Below, one piece after another: positions 36,722-45,504 of a stretch of 64,000 nucleotides of DNA. Position 1 is the first letter of the stretch; each line of letters begins with the position of its first letter. A program made the translations under genes and the position numbers. Under the pieces are notes generated by a model, which had not been told where the DNA came from, made no database searches, and saw only the letters and a list, made by a program, of their open reading frames with translations. The stretch lies in the sequence record OQ850288, one strand, 5' to 3'. This DNA is from Escherichia phage vB_EcoM_ULIM9.

Positions 36722-36931
36722 ATGAGCCACCGTGGAAGAACCCATGCAGCGATGATGAAAGATGCTTCAAAGGAAACTATCAAGAACCGTAAACAGAAGT
36801 TGTTTGAGAGGATGAACAGGTTAATTGACAATTCATCTCTTTCTGGTTCTGAGAAGGTTTTCTTGAAAGGTAATCTGAAAAGCATTGCACAAGAACTTAT
36901 TGACATTGAGTATTGGAGACATCAAAAATGA
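36722..36931 (+). CDS. hypothetical protein
   Basis: 69-aa ORF with GGAGGG RBS; stop overlaps the next start (ATGA). Confidence 0.4.
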   Translation: MSHRGRTHAAMMKDASKETIKNRKQKLFERMNRLIDNSSLSGSEKVFLKGNLKSIAQELIDIEYWRHQK

Positions 36932-37146
36932 CACTTGCAGACGTTATTCAGCAACTTCATGATAACTGCTATACTCCAGAGTTGATTCAGGAGATGCTTA
37001 TTGTAGTGATGCCTAGTAAGTTCGTAAAAGGTTTTAATAGTGAATCTTTAAAGTCTGCGCATATCCTTATTGTTGACGGTAAGATTGCAAGAGACCGCAC
37101 AGGAGTCCTTAAGGGCGAACGTATTGATATTGACTTAGTCTTTTAA
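36928..37146 (+). CDS. hypothetical protein
   Basis: 72 aa from ATG 36928 (track start 36913 is TTG); GGAG RBS. Confidence 0.4.
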   Translation: MTLADVIQQLHDNCYTPELIQEMLIVVMPSKFVKGFNSESLKSAHILIVDGKIARDRTGVLKGERIDIDLVF

Positions 37147-37155
37147 GGGAAAACT

Positions 37156-37362
37156 ATGGAAGTCCTAGTAAACTATATCTATTGTTATGATGTTGTTCAC
37201 TCCACTACAACGGTAGCTCAACGTAACCCAATCGTCCCACGAGAAGGTGAGTTTGTTCGCATTGATGGTTGGACTTACACTGTTGAAAGCATCATTCATA
37301 AGTTTGATGTTGCTGGCGATGTTCAAGTTATCGACGTAGAGATTGGTGGTAAGAGAAAATGA
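37156..37362 (+). CDS. hypothetical protein
   Basis: 68-aa ORF. Confidence 0.4.
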   Translation: MEVLVNYIYCYDVVHSTTTVAQRNPIVPREGEFVRIDGWTYTVESIIHKFDVAGDVQVIDVEIGGKRK

Positions 37363-37550
37363 ACAAAGAAGACAAGCATAAAAATGCTGTACGAACTCCT
37401 GATGGGAAGATTCAATCATTCACCCTGACAGTTGGTGGAAAGCCATTCCGTTGCCACTGCGGAGCAAACTGCTTTCATAAACCAGATAAAAATGACTTAG
37501 AGCTTTACGCATGTAATGCTTGCAATACTTGGTATCATTCAGAGGAATAA
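37359..37550 (+). CDS. small zinc-finger protein
   Basis: 63 aa with CHCGANC and CNACN Cys pairs. Confidence 0.4.
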   Translation: MNKEDKHKNAVRTPDGKIQSFTLTVGGKPFRCHCGANCFHKPDKNDLELYACNACNTWYHSEE

Positions 37551-37551
37551 A

Positions 37552-38655
37552 ATGACAACACTGTACAAACAAAATAAAGATGGTTCCTTCAACGTCTGGT
37601 CATGTGTTGCTGTAGGTGATAAAGTTATTACAACCTATGGTAAAGAAAATGGCAAGATGATGTTTGAAGAGTATACAGCAGAACCGAAAAACATCGGTAA
37701 AAAGAATGAGCGTAACGCTGAACAGCAAGCTCTCTTTGAAGTTGCTGCTAAGTATAAAAAGCAAGTTGACCGCAAAGGTTATGCTTACACAAAAGAATCT
37801 GCACAGAATACTGAGAAGGTAGGTGTACAGCTTGCTCATGATGCTGCAAAGGTTAGTCATGCAAAGTATCTGAAGTTCCCTGCTGATACTCAACCAAAAC
37901 TTGATGGTGTTCGTTGTAGAATTTCAAGACACTTAAGTATTGGCAGTGTATTTACAGCATATTCTCGTGAGAACACTATTTATAAAATTCCTACTGAGCT
38001 AATACCTGACATTATGGCAATGTTAAGGCTCCATAAAGACGTTGATGAATTTGATGGTGAAATCTATGCTCATGGGTTGGACTTAGAAGATATTGTCTCC
38101 ATGATTAAAAATGAAGACAATCCTGACCGACACCTACTCAAGTTTTACTGGTATGATATCTGTGACAGTACTAAGACGTGGCCTGAGCGTAGAGATATTA
38201 TTGAGACTTCACCATTGAATGACTTTAGAGACGGCTGTAAAGTTGTTCCTGTTAAGTCTCGTCGTGTAAATTCTTGGGAAGAGTTTGATGAAGCTCATGA
38301 TAAGTGGGTTGAAGCTAAGTTTGAAGGTGCAATGTACCGTTCAATCTCTGAAGACTCCTTCTATGAGTGTTGTCACCGTTCATACTTCTTGATTAAACAC
38401 AAGAAGATGCACACTGAAGAGTTTAAAGTGACTGGTGTCAAGACCGATAAACGTGGTCATGGCAAGTTCGTTGTAGAGACGCTTCCTAACGTCTTTGTAG
38501 ATGTTTCATGGAAAACTACCCATGAGAAGAAGCAGTATCTTGCTGAGCATCCTGAAGAGTTTATCGGGAAACCTTTAACGGTACAGTTTCAGAAGATGAC
38601 TCGTAAGGGGTCTTTACAGTTCCCTGTTGGTCTCGTTATTCGAGACTACGAATAA
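37552..38655 (+). CDS. ATP-dependent DNA ligase
   Basis: adenylation motif I KLDGVRC (KxDGxR); start set to ATG 37552 with GAGGA RBS. Confidence 0.8.
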   Translation: MTTLYKQNKDGSFNVWSCVAVGDKVITTYGKENGKMMFEEYTAEPKNIGKKNERNAEQQALFEVAAKYKKQVDRKGYAYTKESAQNTEKVGVQLAHDAAKVSHAKYLKFPADTQPKLDGVRCRISRHLSIGSVFTAYSRENTIYKIPTELIPDIMAMLRLHKDVDEFDGEIYAHGLDLEDIVSMIKNEDNPDRHLLKFYWYDICDSTKTWPERRDIIETSPLNDFRDGCKVVPVKSRRVNSWEEFDEAHDKWVEAKFEGAMYRSISEDSFYECCHRSYFLIKHKKMHTEEFKVTGVKTDKRGHGKFVVETLPNVFVDVSWKTTHEKKQYLAEHPEEFIGKPLTVQFQKMTRKGSLQFPVGLVIRDYE

Positions 38656-38662
38656 AAAGTTG

Positions 38663-38690
38663 TTGACATAGAAAATTTGGTGAGTATACT
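38663..38690 (+). promoter_or_regulatory. sigma70-like promoter TTGACA-16-TATACT
   Basis: read directly; followed by inverted repeats and GGTTTGG repeats before the ORF at 38944. Confidence 0.55.
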
Positions 38691-38755
38691 GAGCAGCATA
38701 AACCAACGGGTACTCACCAGCATCACTTAAGAGTCTTTTAAAAGGGTTTTTAAGT

Positions 38756-38830
38756 GATGTTTGGTTCGGTATGGTCTAGTAGGCTCTGGTTTGGCAGGGT
38801 TTGGTGTGGTTTGGTATGGAAGGATGGCAG
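38756..38830. repeat. G/T-rich direct repeats (GGTTTGG repeated about five times)
   Basis: ggtttggttcggtatgg...ctctggtttggcagggtttggtgtggtttggtatgg in a non-coding leader. Confidence 0.5.
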
Positions 38831-38943
38831 TAGCCTTATAAAAAATCTGCCAAATAAGCTATAAAATCTGTTGACAAGTCAGGTGTTATAGCTTATTTTT
38901 ATACCCAATGTAATACAAAATTTAATATAACTTTGAGGTCATT

Positions 38944-39327
38944 ATGAAAAAGGTTTTATTAGCTGCTGCAATGGTTATGGCAATGAACTTACCAGTCAAT
39001 GCAACAGAACTTCCAAATGTGGACTTATCAGGTGTTCCAGAAGATACTTGCCAGATTGTAAAAGGTGTTGCGCTATCTAAAGGTGAGTTACTTAAACCAA
39101 TCTCTGAAGAGTCTTTAACAGAGATGACTGATAAGGTGACTGACTACCAGTATCGTGTTCTTGCAGAGTATTTCCTGCAATCTGCAAATATTAAAGAGAA
39201 ACACCATGATGATATTGATGTACAGGTTATGCTCAATCATCGTATCCAGTTTAAAGAAGATTTGATGCAAAAAGCTATGTATGGTGTTGAGTATTTCTTA
39301 GAAAACAGAAGCTGCACAGGTATTTGA
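38944..39327 (+). CDS. secreted/periplasmic hypothetical protein
   Basis: signal peptide MKKVLLAAAMVMAMNLPVNA. Confidence 0.45.
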   Translation: MKKVLLAAAMVMAMNLPVNATELPNVDLSGVPEDTCQIVKGVALSKGELLKPISEESLTEMTDKVTDYQYRVLAEYFLQSANIKEKHHDDIDVQVMLNHRIQFKEDLMQKAMYGVEYFLENRSCTGI

Positions 39328-39328
39328 T

Positions 39329-39541
39329 ATGGCTCTTAAAAAGTTACATCCCAGAAGCGGTTATGGTAAGATAATTGACGATACAGACGGCTTTACAGTC
39401 TTTACAGTTATCTGCCAAGATGATTCACAGATTGAAAAGGCTCTTGACGATTATCTTAACGATGAACGTGAAAAGGTTCGGGCTACAAACATAGATTCAT
39501 TGATTGACACTTCACGCAAACGGAAGAAGAAAGATGAATGA
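39329..39541 (+). CDS. hypothetical protein
   Basis: 70-aa ORF; stop overlaps the next start. Confidence 0.35.
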   Translation: MALKKLHPRSGYGKIIDDTDGFTVFTVICQDDSQIEKALDDYLNDEREKVRATNIDSLIDTSRKRKKKDE

Positions 39542-39833
39542 GGTTTTTGACCCTTATGCCCCACAAGATGATTGGGAGGCTGATAGAGAGGCTGAAATGG
39601 AGAGTTATATTTGTCCAATGGATGTAGACGAAATGAGAGACTTCGTTTCACATCGTTTTAAGAGAGAGATTAAATCCAGAGGTCTTTCTCAAGAACAAGT
39701 TGCTAAAATTTGTGGTATCTCTCAGGCTCGTGTATCCAACATAATCCACCTCACTGGGAATGTTTCCCTTGAGTATATGTTGGAAGTATGTGAAAAATTT
39801 GGTGTTAGTTTTAATTTAAGGTTGGCAGATTAA
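39534..39833 (+). CDS. putative HTH DNA-binding protein
   Basis: LSQEQVAKICGISQARVSNI resembles an XRE-type helix-turn-helix; start at ATG 39534. Confidence 0.4.
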   Translation: MNEVFDPYAPQDDWEADREAEMESYICPMDVDEMRDFVSHRFKREIKSRGLSQEQVAKICGISQARVSNIIHLTGNVSLEYMLEVCEKFGVSFNLRLAD

Positions 39834-39834
39834 T

Positions 39835-40194
39835 ATGAAACGTGAAAACATTATCCACTCTGAAAACTTCGCATTAGGCTTTTATGGCGTACCCACTCAC
39901 CTTGAAAAGTATTATGGTGTGAAGATTCTCTCCAATCTCATTATGGCTTACAAAGATGGTAAGATTAAGCATACCGAGAAGAAACGTGTCATGGGTTATA
40001 TGGCTGTAGGTTCAGCAATCTCGAACATTAAGCTGGAAACAACTAGCAGTCAGGTTGTGAAAGACCACTTCATCAAAGAGCTTTACCAGAATCTTGATGG
40101 TGTAGATGTTCAGGCTGTTTGGCTGGATGTTGATGGTCATAACTACACAAGTTTCGTTTTCAAAAACGATGACATTAAGTGTTTGTTCCCATAA
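39835..40194 (+). CDS. hypothetical protein
   Basis: 119-aa ORF. Confidence 0.4.
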   Translation: MKRENIIHSENFALGFYGVPTHLEKYYGVKILSNLIMAYKDGKIKHTEKKRVMGYMAVGSAISNIKLETTSSQVVKDHFIKELYQNLDGVDVQAVWLDVDGHNYTSFVFKNDDIKCLFP

Positions 40195-40207
40195 TAGGTG
40201 ATTAACT

Positions 40208-40723
40208 ATGATTGATATCTACTTACAAGATGCTCATGCAGATTTCCTTAAAGAGATGCTTAAAAAGTTTATGGCTTCACAGTATGAGAATGAAGCATCT
40301 TTTAAAATAGTTACATGTGGCGACGAAGCTGGTTTTGTTGAGATTGAACATGAAGGTACTGGAAAGACTGTTTGTAAGTTACCTGATAGTATGTTCTCTA
40401 AAACGTTCTTAACAAAGACTAGTATAAATGTTAAGCTTGTACCGCAGATTGAAACATACTCTGGTACAGATTACCCTAAAGGTTTTAAGTCACTAATGAA
40501 GTACTTCTTAGATGACTTTGTGAGTAATCTTCTGAGGGAGGTAAAAGAAAGTCGTACAGTGTTAACTGTAGAGAACATGGGAGGAACTATCAAGGTCACT
40601 TCTGACTGTTTTGTTATGAGCCTCTTCGACTTCGTTCCTAAGAACTTTGATGGTATTCTGGATGAAGAAGATGACTGTGTAGATTTTATATTGGTTCTTG
40701 AGCCAGTTTTTGAGGTTAAATAG
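40208..40723 (+). CDS. hypothetical protein
   Basis: 171-aa ORF. Confidence 0.4.
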   Translation: MIDIYLQDAHADFLKEMLKKFMASQYENEASFKIVTCGDEAGFVEIEHEGTGKTVCKLPDSMFSKTFLTKTSINVKLVPQIETYSGTDYPKGFKSLMKYFLDDFVSNLLREVKESRTVLTVENMGGTIKVTSDCFVMSLFDFVPKNFDGILDEEDDCVDFILVLEPVFEVK

Positions 40724-40984
40724 ATGAAAATTGAACACTGCTATGAGTCTGATGGAACACCTATCCGATGTCCACATTGTGGGTGTACAGACTTACAAGG
40801 CGAGGTAAGTGAAATAGTCAACGGTCATATTGCTGAAGAGAGTACAAGGTGTACAGGATGTAATGAAATCATTGCTTTCTGGGCTTATGGTTCATACCAG
40901 CCTACACCACACTTAATCTACCATAGCAATAAAGCTGTGAAGAGTGTTATCAACTGGTTCATTAAGAAAGGATTTACAAAATGA
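40724..40984 (+). CDS. zinc-ribbon protein
   Basis: CPHCGC...CTGCN Cys pairs. Confidence 0.4.
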   Translation: MKIEHCYESDGTPIRCPHCGCTDLQGEVSEIVNGHIAEESTRCTGCNEIIAFWAYGSYQPTPHLIYHSNKAVKSVINWFIKKGFTK

Positions 40985-41526
40985 TTAAATTAATCTTTGC
41001 AAGTGGTGAAAATGGGGAGTTTGGTACTCCAACTGGTATGCCGTGGCCTCGACATAAACAGGATATGCAAGAGTTTAAGAGACTCACTAAAGATAACTTA
41101 GTAGTAATGGGTAATGAGACTTTTAAGACTCTGGGTAGCAAACCATTACCAGAACGTACAAACCTCGTCTTAACGAACTCTGTTCCATATTTGGGTATAG
41201 ACTTTGACAAAGATGATGTAATGTATGCTAAGGCCAGTAAAGAGTCCTTTGGAGCATTTTTGAAATATCTTGATAGCTCTATTGATGAAGATGTCTTTGT
41301 AATTGGTGGTGCAGGTGTTCTTGTCAATGCTTTGCCGTATGCTGGTGTAGTTTTCCATACAGTTTTCCATAAAGTTACTGAAGAGGCCACTGTGTATTTA
41401 CCTTTTGAAAACTTCTTCGATAAACTGTATGATAGCCGTGTATTTGCAAAGGTGCAGTCAAGACCCTCAGATGATGGTAAAGCAACCTTTGAGATTTATG
41501 TTCCACAAGTAAAAGGACACTTTTGA
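40981..41526 (+). CDS. folA: dihydrofolate reductase
   Basis: N-terminal IFASGENGEFG...MPW and VIGGAGV glycine motif typical of DHFR; 181 aa; directly upstream of thymidylate synthase. Confidence 0.8.
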   Translation: MIKLIFASGENGEFGTPTGMPWPRHKQDMQEFKRLTKDNLVVMGNETFKTLGSKPLPERTNLVLTNSVPYLGIDFDKDDVMYAKASKESFGAFLKYLDSSIDEDVFVIGGAGVLVNALPYAGVVFHTVFHKVTEEATVYLPFENFFDKLYDSRVFAKVQSRPSDDGKATFEIYVPQVKGHF

Positions 41527-41527
41527 T

Positions 41528-42427
41528 ATGTCACAAGCAGATTCAAGTTATAAAAATATCCTGAACCATGTTTTATCAGTTGGTGAACTGCGTACTACAC
41601 GAACTGGAGATGTTATCTCTGCATTTGCTCCACCTAAGTTTCGTTTTGATATGCGAACTGGTTTTCCACTCTTAACATCTAAACAGGTGTTTACAAGGCA
41701 AGTTATTGGGGAAGCTTTATGGTTCCTGAATGGTGAGAATAAACTTGGTGAACTTCGTTACCGCACTTGGGGTGAAAATGATGGAGAACGCTGGACTATC
41801 TGGTCAGATGATTTTAAACGCTGGTTAAGCTCTAACTATTCTTCTGAGCAAGACTGGTTAGAAGATGCAGGTGGGAGAATCTACGGGGTTCAGTGGAGAA
41901 ACTTTGAAGGTCATAATGGTTGTGTTGTAGACCAGTTAGAAACCTTAGTAACGAAGATGAAGGGTGATATCACAGACCGCTACATGCTTGTTAATGCTTG
42001 GAATGCAGCAGATATTGCAGCTAACTCTATGGCTTTAGCACCTTGCCATGTACTGTTTCAGATTTATATCACTAACGAAGGTGAAGTTGACTTACAATGG
42101 TATCAACGTTCTGTAGACACCTTTTTAGGACTTCCGTTTAACATTGCATCTTATGGTTTTATTCTGGAAGTTCTTTGCAAGATGACTGGATACACTCCAC
42201 GGTACTTGATAGGTGTCTTTGGAGATACTCAGATTTATCAGAACCATATGAAGCAGGTTTATGAACTGATGAACAATGAAGAGTTCCATGCACCTACTTT
42301 TGAGATTGGTGTGCAGCTTAACACCCTAAGTGATTTAAAACACCTTACTGCAAGTGATTTTATTGGCGGCATTAACAACTACCAACATGCAGGGAAGATT
42401 GAAGCACCTCTGTCAGTAGGTAAGTAA
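41528..42427 (+). CDS. thyA: thymidylate synthase
   Basis: active-site LAPCHVLFQ, RTGTG-like RTTRTGD and GVQWR motifs. Confidence 0.85.
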   Translation: MSQADSSYKNILNHVLSVGELRTTRTGDVISAFAPPKFRFDMRTGFPLLTSKQVFTRQVIGEALWFLNGENKLGELRYRTWGENDGERWTIWSDDFKRWLSSNYSSEQDWLEDAGGRIYGVQWRNFEGHNGCVVDQLETLVTKMKGDITDRYMLVNAWNAADIAANSMALAPCHVLFQIYITNEGEVDLQWYQRSVDTFLGLPFNIASYGFILEVLCKMTGYTPRYLIGVFGDTQIYQNHMKQVYELMNNEEFHAPTFEIGVQLNTLSDLKHLTASDFIGGINNYQHAGKIEAPLSVGK

Positions 42428-42434
42428 AACAAAA

Positions 42435-42470
42435 AAGGCTCCCGTAAAAAGGAGCCTTAAACTTTATTTT
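42435..42470. terminator. bidirectional intrinsic terminator between convergent genes
   Basis: aaAAGGCTCCcgtaaaaaGGAGCCTTaaactttattttt, with A-run upstream and T-run downstream. Confidence 0.6.
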
Positions 42471-42835
42471 TCAGTATTCTTTGTGTTCTTTTCAGTAATA
42501 GCTTGGAGGGCTGATACTGATTGAGCCAGATTGTTCACACTGTCAGAGAATTTATCAAGAGTTTTGGTAAGTTTTGCGTTTTCACCCTTAACATTCTCTA
42601 ACTGAACTTTCTGGTTCTCCATCCCTAGCTGAATCAGTCTCATGTCAGACTGTAAATCACGAATAGCTGAATAGTTACTTTTGGAATAATTATCTAGCTG
42701 CTGTAACTTTGTTGTGACAGACACTTCTTGCTTACCACTTGAAACTTGCATAGTGGTATACATCCCAATAACACTAAAAATACCAACTACAATTGCACCA
42801 ATATTATTTTTAAAAGCTTCCTCTAGCCACTTCAT
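42464..42835 (-). CDS. membrane-anchored coiled-coil protein
   Basis: N-terminal TM helix (IGAIVVGIFSVIGMY) then heptad-rich region. Confidence 0.4.
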   Translation of the reverse strand: MKWLEEAFKNNIGAIVVGIFSVIGMYTTMQVSSGKQEVSVTTKLQQLDNYSKSNYSAIRDLQSDMRLIQLGMENQKVQLENVKGENAKLTKTLDKFSDSVNNLAQSVSALQAITEKNTKNTEK

Positions 42836-43030
42836 TTATTTCTCCCCCTTAAAAGCTTTTTCTAAGTTATCTACGAACTCATCATCAATAGGTGTGTCTG
42901 TTTTACTCGCAAGGTATCTTGCAAGCTTAAAGAACACTTTCTCAATCATGTATTCACTTAGAAGGGATAAAATGAGTTTCCAGAAGAAGCTACCTAGATT
43001 TTTTAGAAGAATTGCTAGGATTGTAGGCAT
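42836..43030 (-). CDS. small hydrophobic protein (possible holin-like)
   Basis: 64 aa with hydrophobic N-terminal region and charged C-terminus. Confidence 0.3.
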   Translation of the reverse strand: MPTILAILLKNLGSFFWKLILSLLSEYMIEKVFFKLARYLASKTDTPIDDEFVDNLEKAFKGEK

Positions 43031-43109
43031 TTAATCACCTCATCAGCCAAGATGGTGAGAATACCCATAAAGAATATTAACACCATCTTAACAATCAGTC
43101 AACAAGGGA

Positions 43110-45458
43110 TTAAGCAGTTCTCACCCAAGCCATTAACTTGTAGAACTGGTTAGTAACACTAAATGCTGAACCAGAACCTGTACCACCAGTGTTACCACTA
43201 ACTGTGTGACTGTGAGCACCAATACCTACAGAGTGAGCATGGTCGCCAGCAGATGCAGCAGTACCACTGACTGAGTGAGTGTGCGCACCATCATTTTCAG
43301 TCCAACCAACATGGGTCTGTCTAGAGTTTGAAGACGCGACTCTACCTGATGAAACGTTAGCGTTGTCACCCTGTGAAATTCTGTGTGCGTGTTGCCCAGA
43401 AGTTGCAGCAGTACCACTAACTGAGTGAGTGTGTGCACCAGTACCATTAGTGTTCTTCGTACCATAATCAAAAGATGAAGTGGTAGCAGAGAAACTATGG
43501 GTATGTGATGGTAAGTTACCAACAGCTAACGTCACAGAATCTGAGCCGCCTGTTGTAGCAACATCTGAACCGTTTGCTGCTGCGATTCTGATAGTTCTAC
43601 CAACACCATTGTTCAGGTAAGTCCAAGTTAACCCAGGAAGTGCTGTATTAGGGTCAACATTGCTGTTAAACCACGTTACAATACCTACTGGATAGATTTT
43701 ATTAAGGTCTGTAGAGTCACTAATTGCTGTTGCAATTTTCTGGTCAGTTTCTGCTTTAGTATATGCACCAATCTCTGAAGGAGTTGGTTTAAAATCAGTT
43801 GTGTAAAGCTGTGCCTCTCCGGCATAGTCACCATTTCCGTCATAGGCATAGGTGAATGTTGCCAAACCGTTTGAACCGTATACAAAAGAGATACCCCTTG
43901 CGTGTGCAGCAGTCTTACTAGAGTGAGCAACATGAATTGCCAACTCTTTCAGACCACTAGTCACATTGTTGTTTCTGACAAAACCTGAATACCCAAGATT
44001 AAATGCTGAAGGGTTTCCAAGATTATCTACAGATGCAGTCATCAAAGATTGATTTAATAACTGAGTCTTAACAAAGTATCTAGCATCTAAGTTAGACCAA
44101 TTTTGTGGTTGAACCTGCCCATTAATATACAGATTCTTATTCATACTAACCAATGTTGGCTCTAGGGAAATTTGAGTGCCTGAAAAGCTGTTGCTCAAGG
44201 TTACCACGTTAGAATTAGCAGTTCCTACGCCCAGCCACCACCTAGATACGTTCGCAGTATCCACACCACGGATATATTGTGGCTGTCCCTGTGTTAAGTT
44301 CCTCAATACTAGGCCTTCATTGTTAGATACAATAGTCTGCACATTCGTGAAAGTGTTTGCCACATTAATCTTAGCAAGACTACTCAAAGTAGCTGCTGGA
44401 ATGTATCTAGAGTCGATATTAGCCCAATCAGAAGGTTGAACTTGACCTCCAATTTGGACTGTTCTGCTCATGGTAATGGTGTTACCTAATGAGATTTGTG
44501 TTTTTGCTAAATAGTTATAGATGTTTACAATGTTTTCATCACCATCATTACCAATGTACCACTTATTAGTTCCATCTGATTTCCTTGCTTGGATATACAA
44601 AGCCGCAGTTGTATCTACATTTTGAATAGTAATAGCATTAGCATTCTTCTTAATAACAAAATTAGTGAAAATATTAGAACCACTAAATGTGTTATTGCCA
44701 GCTAACTGCGCAAATCTCTGATTAGCTGCTGTCTGAGTAAAGTATCTAGAATCTAAGTTAGCCCAATCAGATGGTTGAACTTGACCAGTAATCTGGATAG
44801 ATTTGTTCACAGAAATTAGGTTATCCAAAAGAGCTAAATACGCACCGGATTTGACATTTTTGATAACAAGATTGTCTGTACCTCTATTATCATTACCTAG
44901 ATACCACCTGTTAGTGCCATCTACATCTTGACCACGAATATAGAGTGGCATATCCTGTGTGATATTTTTAACAATAAGAGCTTCATTGTCAGAGAGAATA
45001 GCTTGAGTACCTCTAAAGGTGTTATTTACAGCTAGTCTTGCATACCTTGCATCATTCTCTTCATTAGTTCTCATCCCAAGTTCATTAGGACTTGGCTTAT
45101 TCAGAGTATGATAGACAGTTGCTGACCTTGAAGCATCTGCAATAGTTAGTTTAAGGCCGTTTGCGTTGATTTTAAAAGTCTTTAAAACATCCCCAACAGT
45201 AATCTCAGAAGAGCCTGTAGGGTCGAATACAGCCTTGCCACCGTAAAGTAGCTTAACAATTCCTAAGTCACCCGTCATAGTGCTACCAGCAATCTGAACA
45301 AATCTTTCAAGTTTAAAAGATGCTAAGAAATCTTGATAGGTCATTCGACGGTCTTCATCACCCAGCATTTCAGGTCTCTTTTTAACCCTGACATGAAGAA
45401 GGTCGTCTGAACGAATTGTGTCGATTGAGTTTAATTCACTCAACTTGTAGTCTGCCAT
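43110..45458 (-). CDS. long tail fibre protein with internal tandem repeats and His-rich C-terminal domain
   Basis: 782 aa; repeated QVQPSDWANLDSRY-type units; C-terminal HTHS/HSHT repeats ending AWVRTA. Confidence 0.7.
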   Translation of the reverse strand: MADYKLSELNSIDTIRSDDLLHVRVKKRPEMLGDEDRRMTYQDFLASFKLERFVQIAGSTMTGDLGIVKLLYGGKAVFDPTGSSEITVGDVLKTFKINANGLKLTIADASRSATVYHTLNKPSPNELGMRTNEENDARYARLAVNNTFRGTQAILSDNEALIVKNITQDMPLYIRGQDVDGTNRWYLGNDNRGTDNLVIKNVKSGAYLALLDNLISVNKSIQITGQVQPSDWANLDSRYFTQTAANQRFAQLAGNNTFSGSNIFTNFVIKKNANAITIQNVDTTAALYIQARKSDGTNKWYIGNDGDENIVNIYNYLAKTQISLGNTITMSRTVQIGGQVQPSDWANIDSRYIPAATLSSLAKINVANTFTNVQTIVSNNEGLVLRNLTQGQPQYIRGVDTANVSRWWLGVGTANSNVVTLSNSFSGTQISLEPTLVSMNKNLYINGQVQPQNWSNLDARYFVKTQLLNQSLMTASVDNLGNPSAFNLGYSGFVRNNNVTSGLKELAIHVAHSSKTAAHARGISFVYGSNGLATFTYAYDGNGDYAGEAQLYTTDFKPTPSEIGAYTKAETDQKIATAISDSTDLNKIYPVGIVTWFNSNVDPNTALPGLTWTYLNNGVGRTIRIAAANGSDVATTGGSDSVTLAVGNLPSHTHSFSATTSSFDYGTKNTNGTGAHTHSVSGTAATSGQHAHRISQGDNANVSSGRVASSNSRQTHVGWTENDGAHTHSVSGTAASAGDHAHSVGIGAHSHTVSGNTGGTGSGSAFSVTNQFYKLMAWVRTA

Positions 45459-45473
45459 TATAAATTTTCCTCT

Positions 45474-45494
45474 AAAAAGGGGCTATAAAGCCCC
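45474..45494 (-). terminator. intrinsic terminator
   Basis: plus-strand aaaaAGGGGCTataaAGCCCCT 3' of the 390-aa fibre gene. Confidence 0.5.
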
Positions 45495-45504
45495 TGTAAA
45501 GAAA

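Noticed and set aside
38756-38830. Possible CRISPR-like or tRNA-like element in the GT-rich repeats
   Set aside because: The repeats are 7-bp GGTTTGG units without regular spacers, and no cloverleaf with a GTTCRANYC T-loop could be drawn; not a CRISPR array or tRNA.
43226-43522. Track ORFs nested in alternative frames of the tail fibre genes (43226..43522, 43685..43933, 45795..46148)
   Set aside because: They are products of the repetitive His/Thr codon arrays read out of frame, with low-complexity Leu/Gln/Val-rich translations; no independent start signals.
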